Assembly (NCBI GenBank): GCA_017302635.1
Contig: JAFLCX010000002.1
Span: 1,129,979-1,193,978 of the forward strand
Direction of reading: 5' to 3'
Source: Hyphomicrobiales bacterium
GTDB lineage: Bacteria > Pseudomonadota > Alphaproteobacteria > Rhizobiales > Beijerinckiaceae
DNA: 64,000 nucleotides
Of the stretch, positions 8,632-18,579 are shown piece by piece (positions within the stretch are counted from its first letter, which is position 1; each line of letters opens with the position of its first letter). The notes beneath the pieces are model-generated. The model saw only the letters and a program-made list of their open reading frames with translations, was not told the DNA's origin and ran no database searches. Made by a program: the position numbers and the translations under genes.

Positions 8632-8880
8632 ATGTTCTCTTACCCCATCCTTCTCACACTCCTGCTCGGCCTGCTCGCAGGCTGGCTCGCCACCAAGATT
8701 GTCGGCGGCACGGGCGGCATCCTCCGCAACCTCGCCATCGGGCTTGTGGGCGCGCTGGTCGGGCACTGGATTTTCGGCGCGGTCGGCATCTGGGTCGGCG
8801 GGCCGTTCATCACGAGTTTCCTCGCGGCGGTGTTCGGCGGGGTGATCGTGATTGGCATCAGCCGGTTTCTCGCGCGCTGA
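8632..8880 (+). CDS. GlsB/YeaQ/YmgE-family (transglycosylase-associated) small membrane protein
   Basis: 82 aa, Gly-rich with 3 TM helices, pattern LLGLLAGWLATKIVGG...GLVGALVGHWIFG. Starts 3 nt after the RDD-like gene. Confidence 0.8.
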   Translation: MFSYPILLTLLLGLLAGWLATKIVGGTGGILRNLAIGLVGALVGHWIFGAVGIWVGGPFITSFLAAVFGGVIVIGISRFLAR

Positions 8881-8895
8881 TGTATCTTCTTTACC

Positions 8896-8939
8896 GCATT
8901 TTCTTCACACGAAACGGTGACCGCCTCGCTTGAAAATCC
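8896..8939 (+). repeat. Hairpin repeat element, copy A
   Basis: GCATTTTCTTCACACGAAACGGTGACCGCCTCGCTTGAAAATCC, 15 nt after the glsB-like stop. Family shared with 10470-10512 and 52763-52806. Confidence 0.8.
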
Positions 8940-9035
8940 TCTAACGCATTGCACCCATTCCATTTCGCTGGCTTGCCGGGAGGGTGCTGAAGGCCTATCT
9001 CTTCGCCAGATTTTTCGTCCTTTTTCGGGGTTTTC

Positions 9036-10001
9036 ATGGCCACGATCGATCTTCTGAACAACGATCCGCGCAAGGTGACGGCACGTCACCCCGAGAAGGC
9101 GCATCGGCCCGATAACCCCATCCAGCGCAAGCCGGACTGGATCCGCGTGAAGGCTCCCGGCTCCCCGGGCTGGAAAGAGACGCACACGATCGTCAAGGAG
9201 AACGGCCTCGTCACGGTGTGCGAGGAGGCGGGCTGCCCCAATATCGGCGAGTGCTGGGAGAAGAAGCACGCCACCTTCATGATCATGGGCGACACCTGCA
9301 CCCGCGCCTGCGCGTTCTGCAACGTGAAAACCGGCATGCCGCAGCCGCTTGACCCCAACGAGCCCGAATATGTCGCGACCGCCACGGCCAAGCTCGGTCT
9401 CGAGCACGTGGTGGTGACATCAGTCGATCGCGACGATCTCGACGATGGCGGCGCGGAGCACTTCGCCCAGACCATCCGCGCGATCCGCAAGGCTTCCCCC
9501 AAAACCACGATCGAGGTGCTGACACCGGATTTCCTGCGCAAACCCGGCGCGCTCGAAAAGGTGGTCGAGGCACGGCCCGATGTGTTCAACCACAACCTTG
9601 AAACGGTCGCCTCGAACTACCTCAAGGTGCGCCCCGGCGCGCGCTATTTCCACTCGATCCGGCTGTTGCAGCAGGTGAAGGAGCTCGATGCCTCCATCTT
9701 CACCAAATCCGGCATCATGGTCGGTTTGGGCGAAGAGCGGAACGAAGTGCTGCAATTGATGGACGATTTGCGCTCGGCGGAGGTCGATTTCATCACGATC
9801 GGGCAGTATCTCCAACCCTCATCCAAGCACCACGCGATCATCAGGTTCGTCACACCCGACGAGTTCAAAGCCTACGAGACCATCGCCTATACCAAGGGCT
9901 TCCTGATGGTTTCATCGAGCCCGCTCACGCGTTCCTCGCACCATGCGGGGGAGGATTTCGCAAAGCTCAAGGCAGCGCGGGCGGCGAAGGCGGGAGGGTA
10001 A
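9036..10001 (+). CDS. lipA: Lipoyl synthase
   Basis: 321 aa. Radical-SAM [10 protein letters not shown] plus the auxiliary cluster motif [12 protein letters not shown]. Confidence 0.95.
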   Translation: MATIDLLNNDPRKVTARHPEKAHRPDNPIQRKPDWIRVKAPGSPGWKETHTIVKENGLVTVCEEAGCPNIGECWEKKHATFMIMGDTCTRACAFCNVKTGMPQPLDPNEPEYVATATAKLGLEHVVVTSVDRDDLDDGGAEHFAQTIRAIRKASPKTTIEVLTPDFLRKPGALEKVVEARPDVFNHNLETVASNYLKVRPGARYFHSIRLLQQVKELDASIFTKSGIMVGLGEERNEVLQLMDDLRSAEVDFITIGQYLQPSSKHHAIIRFVTPDEFKAYETIAYTKGFLMVSSSPLTRSSHHAGEDFAKLKAARAAKAGG

Positions 10002-10465
10002 TGCCCCGGTTTGAAACCACCCGGCCTGTGCGCCATTCGCCCGAGACGATGTTCAACCTCGTCGCGGATATCGAGCGCTACCCCGACTTCGTGCCGATGT
10101 GCGAGAGCCTTGTGATCCGCCGCCGCAGCGTGGATGATACGGGCTGCACCACACTCACGGCCGATATGGCCATCGGCTACAAGATGATCCGTGAGGTGTT
10201 CACCACCCGCGTGGTGCTGCAACCATCCAGTGCGGAGAGCCCCGCGCGCATTCTCGTGAGCTATATTGACGGGCCGTTCCGGCACCTCGAGAACCGCTGG
10301 ACGTTTATGCCCGCGGAAGACGGTTGCCGGGTTCAGTTCTTCATCGATTACGAGTTCAAGAGCCGCACCTTCCAGCTTCTTGCAGGCGCGGTGTTCGAGA
10401 AAGTGTTCCGCAAGATGGCTGAGGCTTTTGAAGCACGGGCCGATGCTCTGGCGAGAATGCGCTGA
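10001..10465 (+). CDS. SRPBCC-fold protein, RatA/COQ10-like
   Basis: 154 aa, polyketide-cyclase/START-like family. 1-nt overlap with the lipA stop (TAATG). Conserved lipA neighbour in Rhizobiales (from memory). Confidence 0.75.
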   Translation: MPRFETTRPVRHSPETMFNLVADIERYPDFVPMCESLVIRRRSVDDTGCTTLTADMAIGYKMIREVFTTRVVLQPSSAESPARILVSYIDGPFRHLENRWTFMPAEDGCRVQFFIDYEFKSRTFQLLAGAVFEKVFRKMAEAFEARADALARMR

Positions 10466-10469
10466 GCGT

Positions 10470-10512
10470 GCATTTTTCCACGCAAACTGGTTTCCACTTT
10501 GCTTGAAAATGC
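10470..10512 (+). repeat. Hairpin repeat element, copy B
   Basis: GCATTTTTCCACGCAAACTGGTTTCCACTTTGCTTGAAAATGC. It fills nearly all of the 54-nt spacer between the convergent ratA-like and cinA genes. Confidence 0.8.
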
Positions 10513-10519
10513 TCTTCGC

Positions 10520-11038
10520 TCAGGCCGTTTGAACGCCGGCTTGCCTCGAAAGATCCAGCAGCATCAGAAGGGCATCGCGCGTCGCGGCACGGCGGATACC
10601 GCTGCGCCCGAGGGCGGGATCGTAACGCCGCTCGATTCGGTTCACTGCACCATTGCGCGACACCACGGCAAGATGCACAAGCCCCACCGGCTTCATCGCC
10701 GAACCACCGCCCGGCCCGGCAATGCCCGTGATCGCGACAGCGAGCCCGGCGTCGGAGTTGCGGAGTGCGCCCTCCGCCATTGCGGCTGCAACCTCGGCCG
10801 AAACGGCACCAACGCGTTCGATCAGCGATGCCGGAATGCCGAGCATCGCGGTTTTCGCGGTATTGGAATAGGTGACATAGCCGCGATCCACGACATCCGA
10901 AGAGCCTGCGATCGATGTGAGGGCAGCGGCGACCATACCGCCCGTGCAGCTTTCGGCGGTGGCGATGGTCAGTCCGGTCTTTCGCGCTTCAGCCAGCACG
11001 GCGCGCGCGAGGGCAGGGAGGGTCGGTTGGCGGCTCAT
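10520..11038 (-). CDS. CinA C-terminal domain protein / NMN amidohydrolase PncC-like
   Basis: 172 aa with the TIATAESCTGGMVAAALT motif. Confidence 0.85.
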   Translation of the reverse strand: MSRQPTLPALARAVLAEARKTGLTIATAESCTGGMVAAALTSIAGSSDVVDRGYVTYSNTAKTAMLGIPASLIERVGAVSAEVAAAMAEGALRNSDAGLAVAITGIAGPGGGSAMKPVGLVHLAVVSRNGAVNRIERRYDPALGRSGIRRAATRDALLMLLDLSRQAGVQTA

Positions 11039-11047
11039 GGCCGGATC

Positions 11048-12244
11048 TCAGCCCGGAAACGCGACGGTGGCAATGGCCATCGCGGCAATGCCTTCCTTAC
11101 GACCCGCAAATCCGAGCTTTTCGTTGGTGGTCGCCTTCACGCCAATTGCATCGGCCGACAGGCCCAGCACTTCGCCAATGACATCGGCAATCGCCGCGCG
11201 GTGCGGACCGATTTTCGGCACCTCGCAGACAATCGTGCCATCGACATGGATCACCCGACCGCCCTTCGCCTCGACGCGGGCGCGCGCATCGGCAAGGAAA
11301 ATCCTGGATGGAGCACCCCTCCAGCGCGGATCGGAGGGTGGGAAATGCTGGCCGATATCGCCATCGCCAATGGTGCCGAGAAGTGCGTCGGTCAACGCAT
11401 GCAGCAGAGGGTCGGCATCGGAATGCCCGAGCAGCGCGCGCTCATGCGGGATCGCGACACCCCCGAGGGTCACATGATCGCCTTCCGTGAAGGCATGGAC
11501 ATCATAGCCGAAGCCGGTGCGGGTGATGAGCCTGGAGCGCGGCTGGAGTTCAGCCTCGGCGCGGGCGAGATCCGACTCAAGCGTGATCTTGAAAAGCGCC
11601 GAGTCGCCTTCAAAACTCGTCACGCGCAATCCTGCCGCGGCACAAAGGCTGGCATCATCGGTGAAATCATGCCGGTCCTTCGCGGCCATCTCGCGATGCG
11701 CCGCCAGAACCGGCCCGAACCGGAAAGCCTGAGGCGTCTGCACGATCCGCAAGGCCGAGCGATCCGGGTTGCTCGTCAGGGCGCCGCTTGCGTCCAGCGT
11801 CGCGACTGTATCGGCGAGCGGCAGGACCGGGATGGCCGCACCCGAGGAAGAAGCAGCCAGCAGGGCCCTCAAAACCACGACCTCGTTCAAAAGGGGGCGC
11901 GCGGCATCATGGACAAGGACAATCGTCTGGTCGGGAAGTCCGGCTCCGGCGAGGAATTCGAGCCCGTTCCGCACCGATTGTTGGCGCGTGAAGCCACCGG
12001 GAGCATTGAAAATCTGCTCGGGCGAAGCGCCGCTGCGCATCACGGCATCGCGATATTGCGCGTTGTCATCGGGGTGCGTGACCACGATGATCGGACCAAT
12101 TTGCGGGATTGCTGCCGCGCGCGCGAGAAGGTGAGAGAGAACGGGGCGGCCAGCCGCCTCGCGGTATTGCTTGGGCTCGCCGCCAAACCGCGTTCCGCGC
12201 CCCGCCGCGACAACAATCAAGGCGGCCTTCGCCATGCGCTTCAC
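11048..12244 (-). CDS. ispDF: Bifunctional MEP cytidylyltransferase / MEcPP synthase
   Basis: 398 aa. N-terminal IspD (VVAAGRGTRFG) fused to C-terminal IspF (GYDVHAF, GHSDADPLLHAL). Confidence 0.92.
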   Translation of the reverse strand: MKRMAKAALIVVAAGRGTRFGGEPKQYREAAGRPVLSHLLARAAAIPQIGPIIVVTHPDDNAQYRDAVMRSGASPEQIFNAPGGFTRQQSVRNGLEFLAGAGLPDQTIVLVHDAARPLLNEVVVLRALLAASSSGAAIPVLPLADTVATLDASGALTSNPDRSALRIVQTPQAFRFGPVLAAHREMAAKDRHDFTDDASLCAAAGLRVTSFEGDSALFKITLESDLARAEAELQPRSRLITRTGFGYDVHAFTEGDHVTLGGVAIPHERALLGHSDADPLLHALTDALLGTIGDGDIGQHFPPSDPRWRGAPSRIFLADARARVEAKGGRVIHVDGTIVCEVPKIGPHRAAIADVIGEVLGLSADAIGVKATTNEKLGFAGRKEGIAAMAIATVAFPG

Positions 12245-12422
12245 CCCGGTTTCACCTGAAGCGGGGTTTTGCTGTCCCGCACGCCTTTGTCAATCGGCAA
12301 GGCTGTCATCGGGCGTGTCTCTTGCCGCCTCGGCGCTTTCGGCCTATCCGGAGAAGCCGATTGGCCGATGCCAAACCTTTGAGAGATCGAAGTTTCATCG
12401 TATTGCCTAAAATTTACTCAGA

Positions 12423-13451
12423 GTGAGTGCAATGCGCACACCCCTTTCCATTGGCAAGCATGTCCTGCCCGGCCGCGCCGTGCTGGCGCCGATGTCGGGC
12501 GTGACGGATCATGCCTTTCGGCGGATCGCTGAAGAATTCGGCGCTGCGATGGTCGTGAGCGAAATGGTCGCGGCGGATCAGCTGGCCGCAGGTGAAGAGG
12601 AGGCGCGACTGCGCGCTGAAGGCCGCGGCTTGCGGCTTCATGTGGTGCAACTTGCGGGCTGCGAAGCCGAAGCGATGGGCGAGGGCGCGCGCGTGGCTGA
12701 AGCCTCTGGCGCGGACATCATCGACATCAATATGGGTTGCCCGGCGAAGCGCGTCACCAATGGGTGGTCCGGATCAGCGCTGATGCGCGATCTCGATCAG
12801 GCGGAGCGGCTCATTGCTGCCGTGCGTCGCGCGGTTGCGGTGCCGGTGACGCTGAAAATGCGGCTGGGCTGGGATCATGAGAACCTCAACGCTCCGGAGC
12901 TGGCCCGACGCGCCGAGGCCAACGGACTTTCACTCATCACGGTTCATGGTCGCACCCGTCAGCAGTTTTACAAGGGGCAGGCCGATTGGCGCGCTGTTTC
13001 CGCCGTGCGGGCAGCGATGTCCCTGCCGCTGATCGTTAATGGCGACATCGAAACGCCTGAACAGGCGCGCGCGGCTCTCGCGGCCTCCGGCGCGGACGGC
13101 GTGATGATCGGGCGCGCGGCGCTCGGTCGCCCTTGGCTCGTCGGCGAGATCGCAAAAGCGTTGGAGGGACTGGAAAAAAACGTCGTTCATCCTGATCGGA
13201 TGGCCGAGGCGGCGATCCGCCACTATCGCGGGATTCTCGAAGCCTTCGGTGCGGCTCACGGCATCCGCCATGCCCGCAAACATGTCGCGGCCTATGCTGA
13301 CGAAGCCGCCCGGCGCGGCGCGTCGATTTTCCCGCAATTGCGTTCGGATATCTTGGTTTCGGATGATCCTGAGGCCGTTATCGACTTTCTGCACACGATC
13401 TTTTCCAGCATTGGCGCTCGGGCAGAAACGGCGCGGGCGGAGGCTGCCTGA
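12423..13451 (+). CDS. dusB: tRNA-dihydrouridine synthase
   Basis: 342 aa, Dus TIM-barrel motifs (LAPMSGVTDHAFR, DINMGCPAKRV). Precedes ntrBC (nifR3-ntrB-ntrC order). ATG 12432 is an alternative start. Confidence 0.9.
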   Translation: MSAMRTPLSIGKHVLPGRAVLAPMSGVTDHAFRRIAEEFGAAMVVSEMVAADQLAAGEEEARLRAEGRGLRLHVVQLAGCEAEAMGEGARVAEASGADIIDINMGCPAKRVTNGWSGSALMRDLDQAERLIAAVRRAVAVPVTLKMRLGWDHENLNAPELARRAEANGLSLITVHGRTRQQFYKGQADWRAVSAVRAAMSLPLIVNGDIETPEQARAALAASGADGVMIGRAALGRPWLVGEIAKALEGLEKNVVHPDRMAEAAIRHYRGILEAFGAAHGIRHARKHVAAYADEAARRGASIFPQLRSDILVSDDPEAVIDFLHTIFSSIGARAETARAEAA

Positions 13452-14524
13452 TGAGCATGCGCAACCTGATCGACGCCGTGCCGATGCCGGTGATCGAGGT
13501 CGATGGCAAGAACCGCATTCGCTCAGCCAACACCGCGGCCGAGCAGCTTCTTGGCGCGGGGCGTGAGCGCCTGCGCGAGCGAACCCTTCCCGAGTGGCTG
13601 CCGCCAGGTTCGCCGCTGTTGCTGCTGGTCGATCACGTGCGCGCGAACGGTGGTTCGGTGACCGAATATGGCATCGACCTCTCCACCGGTCGCACGAAGG
13701 GTGATCAACTCGTCGATGTCTATGCGGCTCCCTTGAGTGAAAACAGCGGCGACCTCGTGTTGGTCGTGCAGCCGCGCGCGATCATGGACAAGATGAACCG
13801 GCATTTCACGCATCGCGATTCCGTGCGTTCGGTGGGTGCGATGGCCTCGATGCTGGCGCATGAGATCAAGAACCCTCTGTCCGGCATCCGGGGCGCCGCG
13901 CAACTGATCGAGGGCTCCCTCCCAGAGGCGGAAAGGCCGCTTTCAGTGCTGATCCGCTCCGAAGTGGACCGCATCGTGCGCCTCGTCGAGCGGTTCGAGG
14001 TGTTTTCCGATGGACGGCCGCTGCCGCTCTCGCCGGTGAATATCCATGAGGTTCTTGATCACGTCATCCGGCTTGCACAGAGCGGATTCGGGGCGCAGAT
14101 CGCTTTCCGGCCGGATTTCGATCCGTCCTTGCCCACCATCGCGGCCAATCGAGATCGGCTGGTGCAGGCGGTGCTCAATCTCGTGAAAAACGCGGTAGAG
14201 GCAATCGGGCCCAACAATCCCAATGGCCGCATTCAACTCACGACCGCCTTCCGGCCCGGTGTCTCGGTGATGGTTCCATCGACCGGCCGACGCGTCTCGC
14301 TGCCCTTCGAAGTCTGCGTGATCGACAACGGGCCGGGAATCCCGGACAATCTCATGCCGCATATGTTCGAACCCTTCGTCACCAGCAAGGCGAGCGGAAC
14401 TGGCCTCGGTCTTGCTTTGGTAGCGAAGGTGGTCAGCGATCATGGTGGCGTGATCGAGTGCGAGCGGATCAAGGGACACACCGTGTTTCGCATGCTCTTC
14501 CCGCTCCGTCTGGAACGGGACTGA
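13451..14524 (+). CDS. ntrB: Nitrogen regulation sensor histidine kinase
   Basis: 357 aa. H-box MLAHEIKNPLSGIRG and N/G boxes (NLVKNAVEA, DNGPGIP, GTGLGLA). ATGA overlap with dusB. Confidence 0.88.
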   Translation: MSMRNLIDAVPMPVIEVDGKNRIRSANTAAEQLLGAGRERLRERTLPEWLPPGSPLLLLVDHVRANGGSVTEYGIDLSTGRTKGDQLVDVYAAPLSENSGDLVLVVQPRAIMDKMNRHFTHRDSVRSVGAMASMLAHEIKNPLSGIRGAAQLIEGSLPEAERPLSVLIRSEVDRIVRLVERFEVFSDGRPLPLSPVNIHEVLDHVIRLAQSGFGAQIAFRPDFDPSLPTIAANRDRLVQAVLNLVKNAVEAIGPNNPNGRIQLTTAFRPGVSVMVPSTGRRVSLPFEVCVIDNGPGIPDNLMPHMFEPFVTSKASGTGLGLALVAKVVSDHGGVIECERIKGHTVFRMLFPLRLERD

Positions 14525-14621
14525 TCGCAACAGCAGCCGCGTGGGGCATATGTCCCGCGCTATGGGCGGAGCGGCAACGTCGCCGCGCCGGGAAGCATGA
14601 AGTAGCGAGGGCCTGAACGCG

Positions 14622-16112
14622 ATGGCGCGGACGATCCTTGTGGCCGATGACGATCTGGCAATCCGGACCGTTGTCAGCCAGGCGCTCACCCGGGCAGGGT
14701 ATGACGTCAGGGCAACAGGCAGCGCGAATATCCTTTCGCGCTGGGTCGAGGCCGGCGATGGCGACCTCGTGATCACCGATGTGGTGATGCCCGACGAGAA
14801 TATTTTCGAAGTGCTGCCGCGCATGAAGCAGGCGCGCCCTCAATTGCCCATTGTGGTGATGAGCGCGCAGAACACCTTCATGACCGCGATCCGCGCCTCC
14901 GAACGTGGGGCCTATGAATATCTCCCCAAGCCGTTCGATCTCGATCAGCTGATCCGCATTGTTGGCCGGGCGCTTGCCGGCACCGAAGCGCGCGAAGCCG
15001 CGCCAGCGGCGCCTGCTGCACCTGCGGCGGGAGGCAAGCCGGCGGGCGAGGATATCCCGCTCGTCGGGCGTTCCGGCGCGATGCAGGATGTTTATCGCGT
15101 GCTCGCGCGGCTGATGAACACCGATCTCACCGTCTTGATTACCGGCGAAAGCGGCACCGGCAAGGAATTGGTCGCCCGGGCGCTTCACGATTTCGGGCGG
15201 CGCCGCAAGGGACCGTTCGTCGCGATCAACATGGCTGCGATCCCGCGTGACCTGATTGAAAGCGAGCTGTTCGGGCATGAGAAGGGGGCCTTCACGGGCG
15301 CGAACCAGCGCAGTCAGGGCCGTTTCGAGCAGGCCGAGAGCGGCACGCTGTTTCTGGACGAAATCGGCGACATGCCGATGGAAGCCCAGACGCGGCTGCT
15401 GCGCGTGCTCCAGCAAGGCGAATACATGACGGTGGGTGGGCGCACGCCCATCAAGACCGATGTGCGCATCGTGGCTGCGACCAACAAGGACCTTGTCGGC
15501 CTGATCGAGAAGGGTCTCTTCCGCGAAGACCTCTACTATCGCCTGTCGGTCGTGCCGATCCGGTTGCCGCCGCTGCGCGAGCGGTTGGGCGATGTTCCGG
15601 ATCTGGTACGGCATTTCCTCGCGCTTGCGGAAGGCGAGGGCCTGCCCCGCAAGTCCGTCGATGCAGCCGGGATGGAGCGCCTCAAGCGCCATGATTGGCC
15701 GGGCAATATCCGCGAACTCGAGAACCTCGTGCGTCGCCTTGCTGCCCTGCATCCCGACGATGTGATCAATGCATCGGCGATCGAGGGTGAACTTTCGGTG
15801 GTGCGCCGCTCGACCCCGCGCATTGTCGAGCCCAAGGCGATGGAAGCGCAGGCGCTGCCGCAAGCCGATGGTTTCGAGGCCTATCTGCGCAATTACCTGA
15901 AAACCTATTTCGGCCGGTTTGGAGATGATTTGCCCCCGCCCGGCGTCTATGAGCGTCTGCTTGTTGAGTTCGAACGCCCGGTTGTGGCGGCCGCACTCGC
16001 GGCCACCAATGGCAATCAGGTGCGCGCTGCGGATCTGCTCGGGCTGAATCGGAATACCTTGCGCAAGAAAATCCGCGAACTCGGCATCCGGATGACCAGC
16101 GCCGTCGGCTGA
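14622..16112 (+). CDS. ntrC: Nitrogen regulation response regulator (sigma-54 activator)
   Basis: 496 aa. Receiver domain, AAA+ domain with GESGTGKE and GAFTGA, and a C-terminal Fis-type HTH. Confidence 0.92.
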   Translation: MARTILVADDDLAIRTVVSQALTRAGYDVRATGSANILSRWVEAGDGDLVITDVVMPDENIFEVLPRMKQARPQLPIVVMSAQNTFMTAIRASERGAYEYLPKPFDLDQLIRIVGRALAGTEAREAAPAAPAAPAAGGKPAGEDIPLVGRSGAMQDVYRVLARLMNTDLTVLITGESGTGKELVARALHDFGRRRKGPFVAINMAAIPRDLIESELFGHEKGAFTGANQRSQGRFEQAESGTLFLDEIGDMPMEAQTRLLRVLQQGEYMTVGGRTPIKTDVRIVAATNKDLVGLIEKGLFREDLYYRLSVVPIRLPPLRERLGDVPDLVRHFLALAEGEGLPRKSVDAAGMERLKRHDWPGNIRELENLVRRLAALHPDDVINASAIEGELSVVRRSTPRIVEPKAMEAQALPQADGFEAYLRNYLKTYFGRFGDDLPPPGVYERLLVEFERPVVAAALAATNGNQVRAADLLGLNRNTLRKKIRELGIRMTSAVG

Positions 16113-16153
16113 CAGGACGGAGCAGGGATCGGCTTTCTGAGCCGGTCCCAACT

Positions 16154-18574
16154 TTGTCGCAATTCAACAACAGTGTTGCGCGATTCCATCAATCGGGCCT
16201 ATTCCGGGTTCGATCGAGCTCGTCCGATTCCGCATCGGCCGTATCGGGATCGGAGATGAGCGTGAACGACGCAAGGTCGAAACCGGGGGACAGGGCGGCG
16301 GGCGCGGCACCGGCGCTCGCGCCTGCTTGGCAACCGGCCGATTCCGGAATCGATCGCGATTTGCCCGCGAGTTCTGACATGACCAGCGGACTTGCTGGCC
16401 CGATTGTCGTGTCGCTGGCCTTCATATCCGCGATCATCACTTTCCTCGTGCTGATGGGGGCTCTGGGTGTCTCGCCGCGGGAGCCGATCGCGCTGGCCCT
16501 GCTCGGTTTCAACGGCGCTCTGATCCTCGCTCTGCTGTTTTTTGTTCTGCGGCACGTCTACCGGTTGGCACGCGAATATCGGGCCGGGGTGACCGGTGCG
16601 CGGCTGCAGCGGCGCGTGGTGGGGCTTTTCAGTCTGGTGGCGGCGGTGCCGACCGCTTTGGTGGCGAGCGCCGGCCTTTTCGCGCTGGATCGGGGCCTCA
16701 CACCGTGGTTCGCAGGCAATCTCAAAACTCTCGTGACCAATTCCGAAGCGATTGCCCAGAATTTCCAGCAGCAGCTGTGCCAGAATCTGGGGCGCGAACT
16801 GCGCCTGTTTGCGCTCGATCTTGACCGCGCGAACACCGGCGGCTTCTTTTTCGGCAACCCTGAGGGCATCCAGCAATTCCTGAACAACCGCGCGATTGCG
16901 CTCGGATTTCCGCGTGCCGAGGTTTTCAAGCCCGATGGCACGATGCTGCTCCGTGCTGAAATCCCGCATCGCGCCTTTACGCCGCCGGTGCCGGTCGCTG
17001 AGGATTTCCAGTTCGCGGCCACCGAAGAACTGCCCTGCCTGTTCTCGCGCGAGGGCATGGGAGGCTTGATCGCGCTGAAAAGTTTCGGAACTGAAACATA
17101 TCTGCTGGTTTCGCGCGGCGTCGATCCGCGTGCGCTGGAATTCCCCGTTGTCGCGAAAGCCGGGGTGCAGGAATATCAGTCGCTTGAGGAAAGCCGCAAC
17201 GCAACTCAGCTGGGTATCGCGCTCGTTTTTGCGCTGATCACGCTGGTGTCGTTGCTTGGCGCGGTGCTGCTTGGCCTTGGCTATGCCGCGCGCCTTGTTG
17301 ACCCCGTTCGCCGGCTGATGATGGCCACCGAGCAGGTTTCGGCCGGCAATCTCTATGTGCAGGTGCCGGTTGCCAAAATGGGTGAAGACCTCGGCCAGCT
17401 GGGCTCCACCTTCAACAACATGACCTCGGCCCTGCGCGAGCAGCACAACTCGCTTTCCGCCGCGAACGAACTGATCGATCAGCGCCGCCGCTTCATGGAG
17501 GCGATGCTGTCGGGCATTCCGGCGGGTGTCCTGGGGCTCGATGAGGGCGGCCGGGTGAGCCTCGTCAACCCGACCGCACGGCAAATTCTCGGGCTTGGGA
17601 AATCCGACCCGACGGGCAAGCTCGCGGCGGAGATTGTTCCTGAGATCGCGCCGATCCTGGAGGAGGCGCGCGCGAACCCGCAGCGCCTTGTCCAGCGCGA
17701 TTTTCCGCTGATGCGTCGCGGCATCGAGCGCATTCTTGCCGTGCGCGCCACGGGCGATGCTTCCGGCGGCCTGATCGTGACGCTTGATGACATCACCAAC
17801 CTCGTGACGGCCCAGCGCTCCGCCGCCTGGGCCGATGTGGCGCGGCGCATCGCGCATGAGATCAAGAACCCGCTGACCCCAATCCAGCTTTCGGCCGAGC
17901 GCATCCGGCGCAAGTTCGGAAAGGTGATCACCGAGGACAAGGCGATTTTCGACCAATGTACCGACACGATCGTGCGACAGGTCGAGGACATCAAGCGCAT
18001 GGTCGATGAGTTCTCATCCTTCGCGCGCATGCCGAAGCCACAGCCGGTCGAGGATGATCTGATCGCGGTCTTGCGCGAGGTGATCTTCATGATGCGGGTG
18101 GGCAATCCGTCCGTCACTTTCGACGAGAACCTGCCATCGATCCCGGCCATCGCGCTGATCGATCGCCGCCTGATCGCGCAGGCGGTGCAGAACCTGATGA
18201 AGAACGCCTGCGAGGCCATTGCCGACAGCCCGGCCGGCGAGGCAGGGCAGGGGCGGATTGTCCTGAGTGTCGAAAACATGGGCGAGGCGGGAATGCGGCT
18301 CGATATTCTCGACAATGGCAAGGGATTCCCGAAAGAAGACCGCCAGAAATTGCTCGAGCCCTACGTCACCACGCGCGAAGGTGGCACGGGCCTCGGGCTG
18401 CCGATTGTCGCCAAGATTTTCGAGGATCACGGCGGCACGATCCAGCTGCTTGATCCGCCAGCCACCGCCGATGGTTCCGTTCCACCTGGCGCGCTGGTTC
18501 GAATCCTGCTGCCAGCCCTGGCCGATGGCGGCTCGATGCCAGCAAAATCCAAAACCGAAACACCCGAAGGATAA
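16154..18574 (+). CDS. ntrY: Membrane sensor histidine kinase NtrY
   Basis: 806-aa ORF. TM segments, HAMP/PAS, H-box IAHEIKNPLTPIQLSAE and an HATPase domain. The true start may be ATG 16256. Confidence 0.85.
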   Translation: MSQFNNSVARFHQSGLFRVRSSSSDSASAVSGSEMSVNDARSKPGDRAAGAAPALAPAWQPADSGIDRDLPASSDMTSGLAGPIVVSLAFISAIITFLVLMGALGVSPREPIALALLGFNGALILALLFFVLRHVYRLAREYRAGVTGARLQRRVVGLFSLVAAVPTALVASAGLFALDRGLTPWFAGNLKTLVTNSEAIAQNFQQQLCQNLGRELRLFALDLDRANTGGFFFGNPEGIQQFLNNRAIALGFPRAEVFKPDGTMLLRAEIPHRAFTPPVPVAEDFQFAATEELPCLFSREGMGGLIALKSFGTETYLLVSRGVDPRALEFPVVAKAGVQEYQSLEESRNATQLGIALVFALITLVSLLGAVLLGLGYAARLVDPVRRLMMATEQVSAGNLYVQVPVAKMGEDLGQLGSTFNNMTSALREQHNSLSAANELIDQRRRFMEAMLSGIPAGVLGLDEGGRVSLVNPTARQILGLGKSDPTGKLAAEIVPEIAPILEEARANPQRLVQRDFPLMRRGIERILAVRATGDASGGLIVTLDDITNLVTAQRSAAWADVARRIAHEIKNPLTPIQLSAERIRRKFGKVITEDKAIFDQCTDTIVRQVEDIKRMVDEFSSFARMPKPQPVEDDLIAVLREVIFMMRVGNPSVTFDENLPSIPAIALIDRRLIAQAVQNLMKNACEAIADSPAGEAGQGRIVLSVENMGEAGMRLDILDNGKGFPKEDRQKLLEPYVTTREGGTGLGLPIVAKIFEDHGGTIQLLDPPATADGSVPPGALVRILLPALADGGSMPAKSKTETPEG

Positions 18575-18579
18575 AAGCC

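Noticed and set aside
8097-8933. 278-aa + strand ORF spanning the RDD-like and glsB-like genes in another frame
   Set aside because: Arg/Gly-rich out-of-frame read-through. The in-frame alternatives give coherent TM proteins, and its C-terminus is simply the translated hairpin repeat.
10499-12259. 586-aa + strand ORF
   Set aside because: It is entirely antisense to the well-supported cinA and ispDF genes. It is Arg/Gly/Ala-rich with no motifs, a typical shadow ORF of GC-rich DNA.
16199-17956. 585-aa - strand ORF
   Set aside because: Antisense to ntrY, which has clear HAMP/PAS/kinase motifs. Low-complexity Arg-rich translation, a GC-rich shadow ORF.
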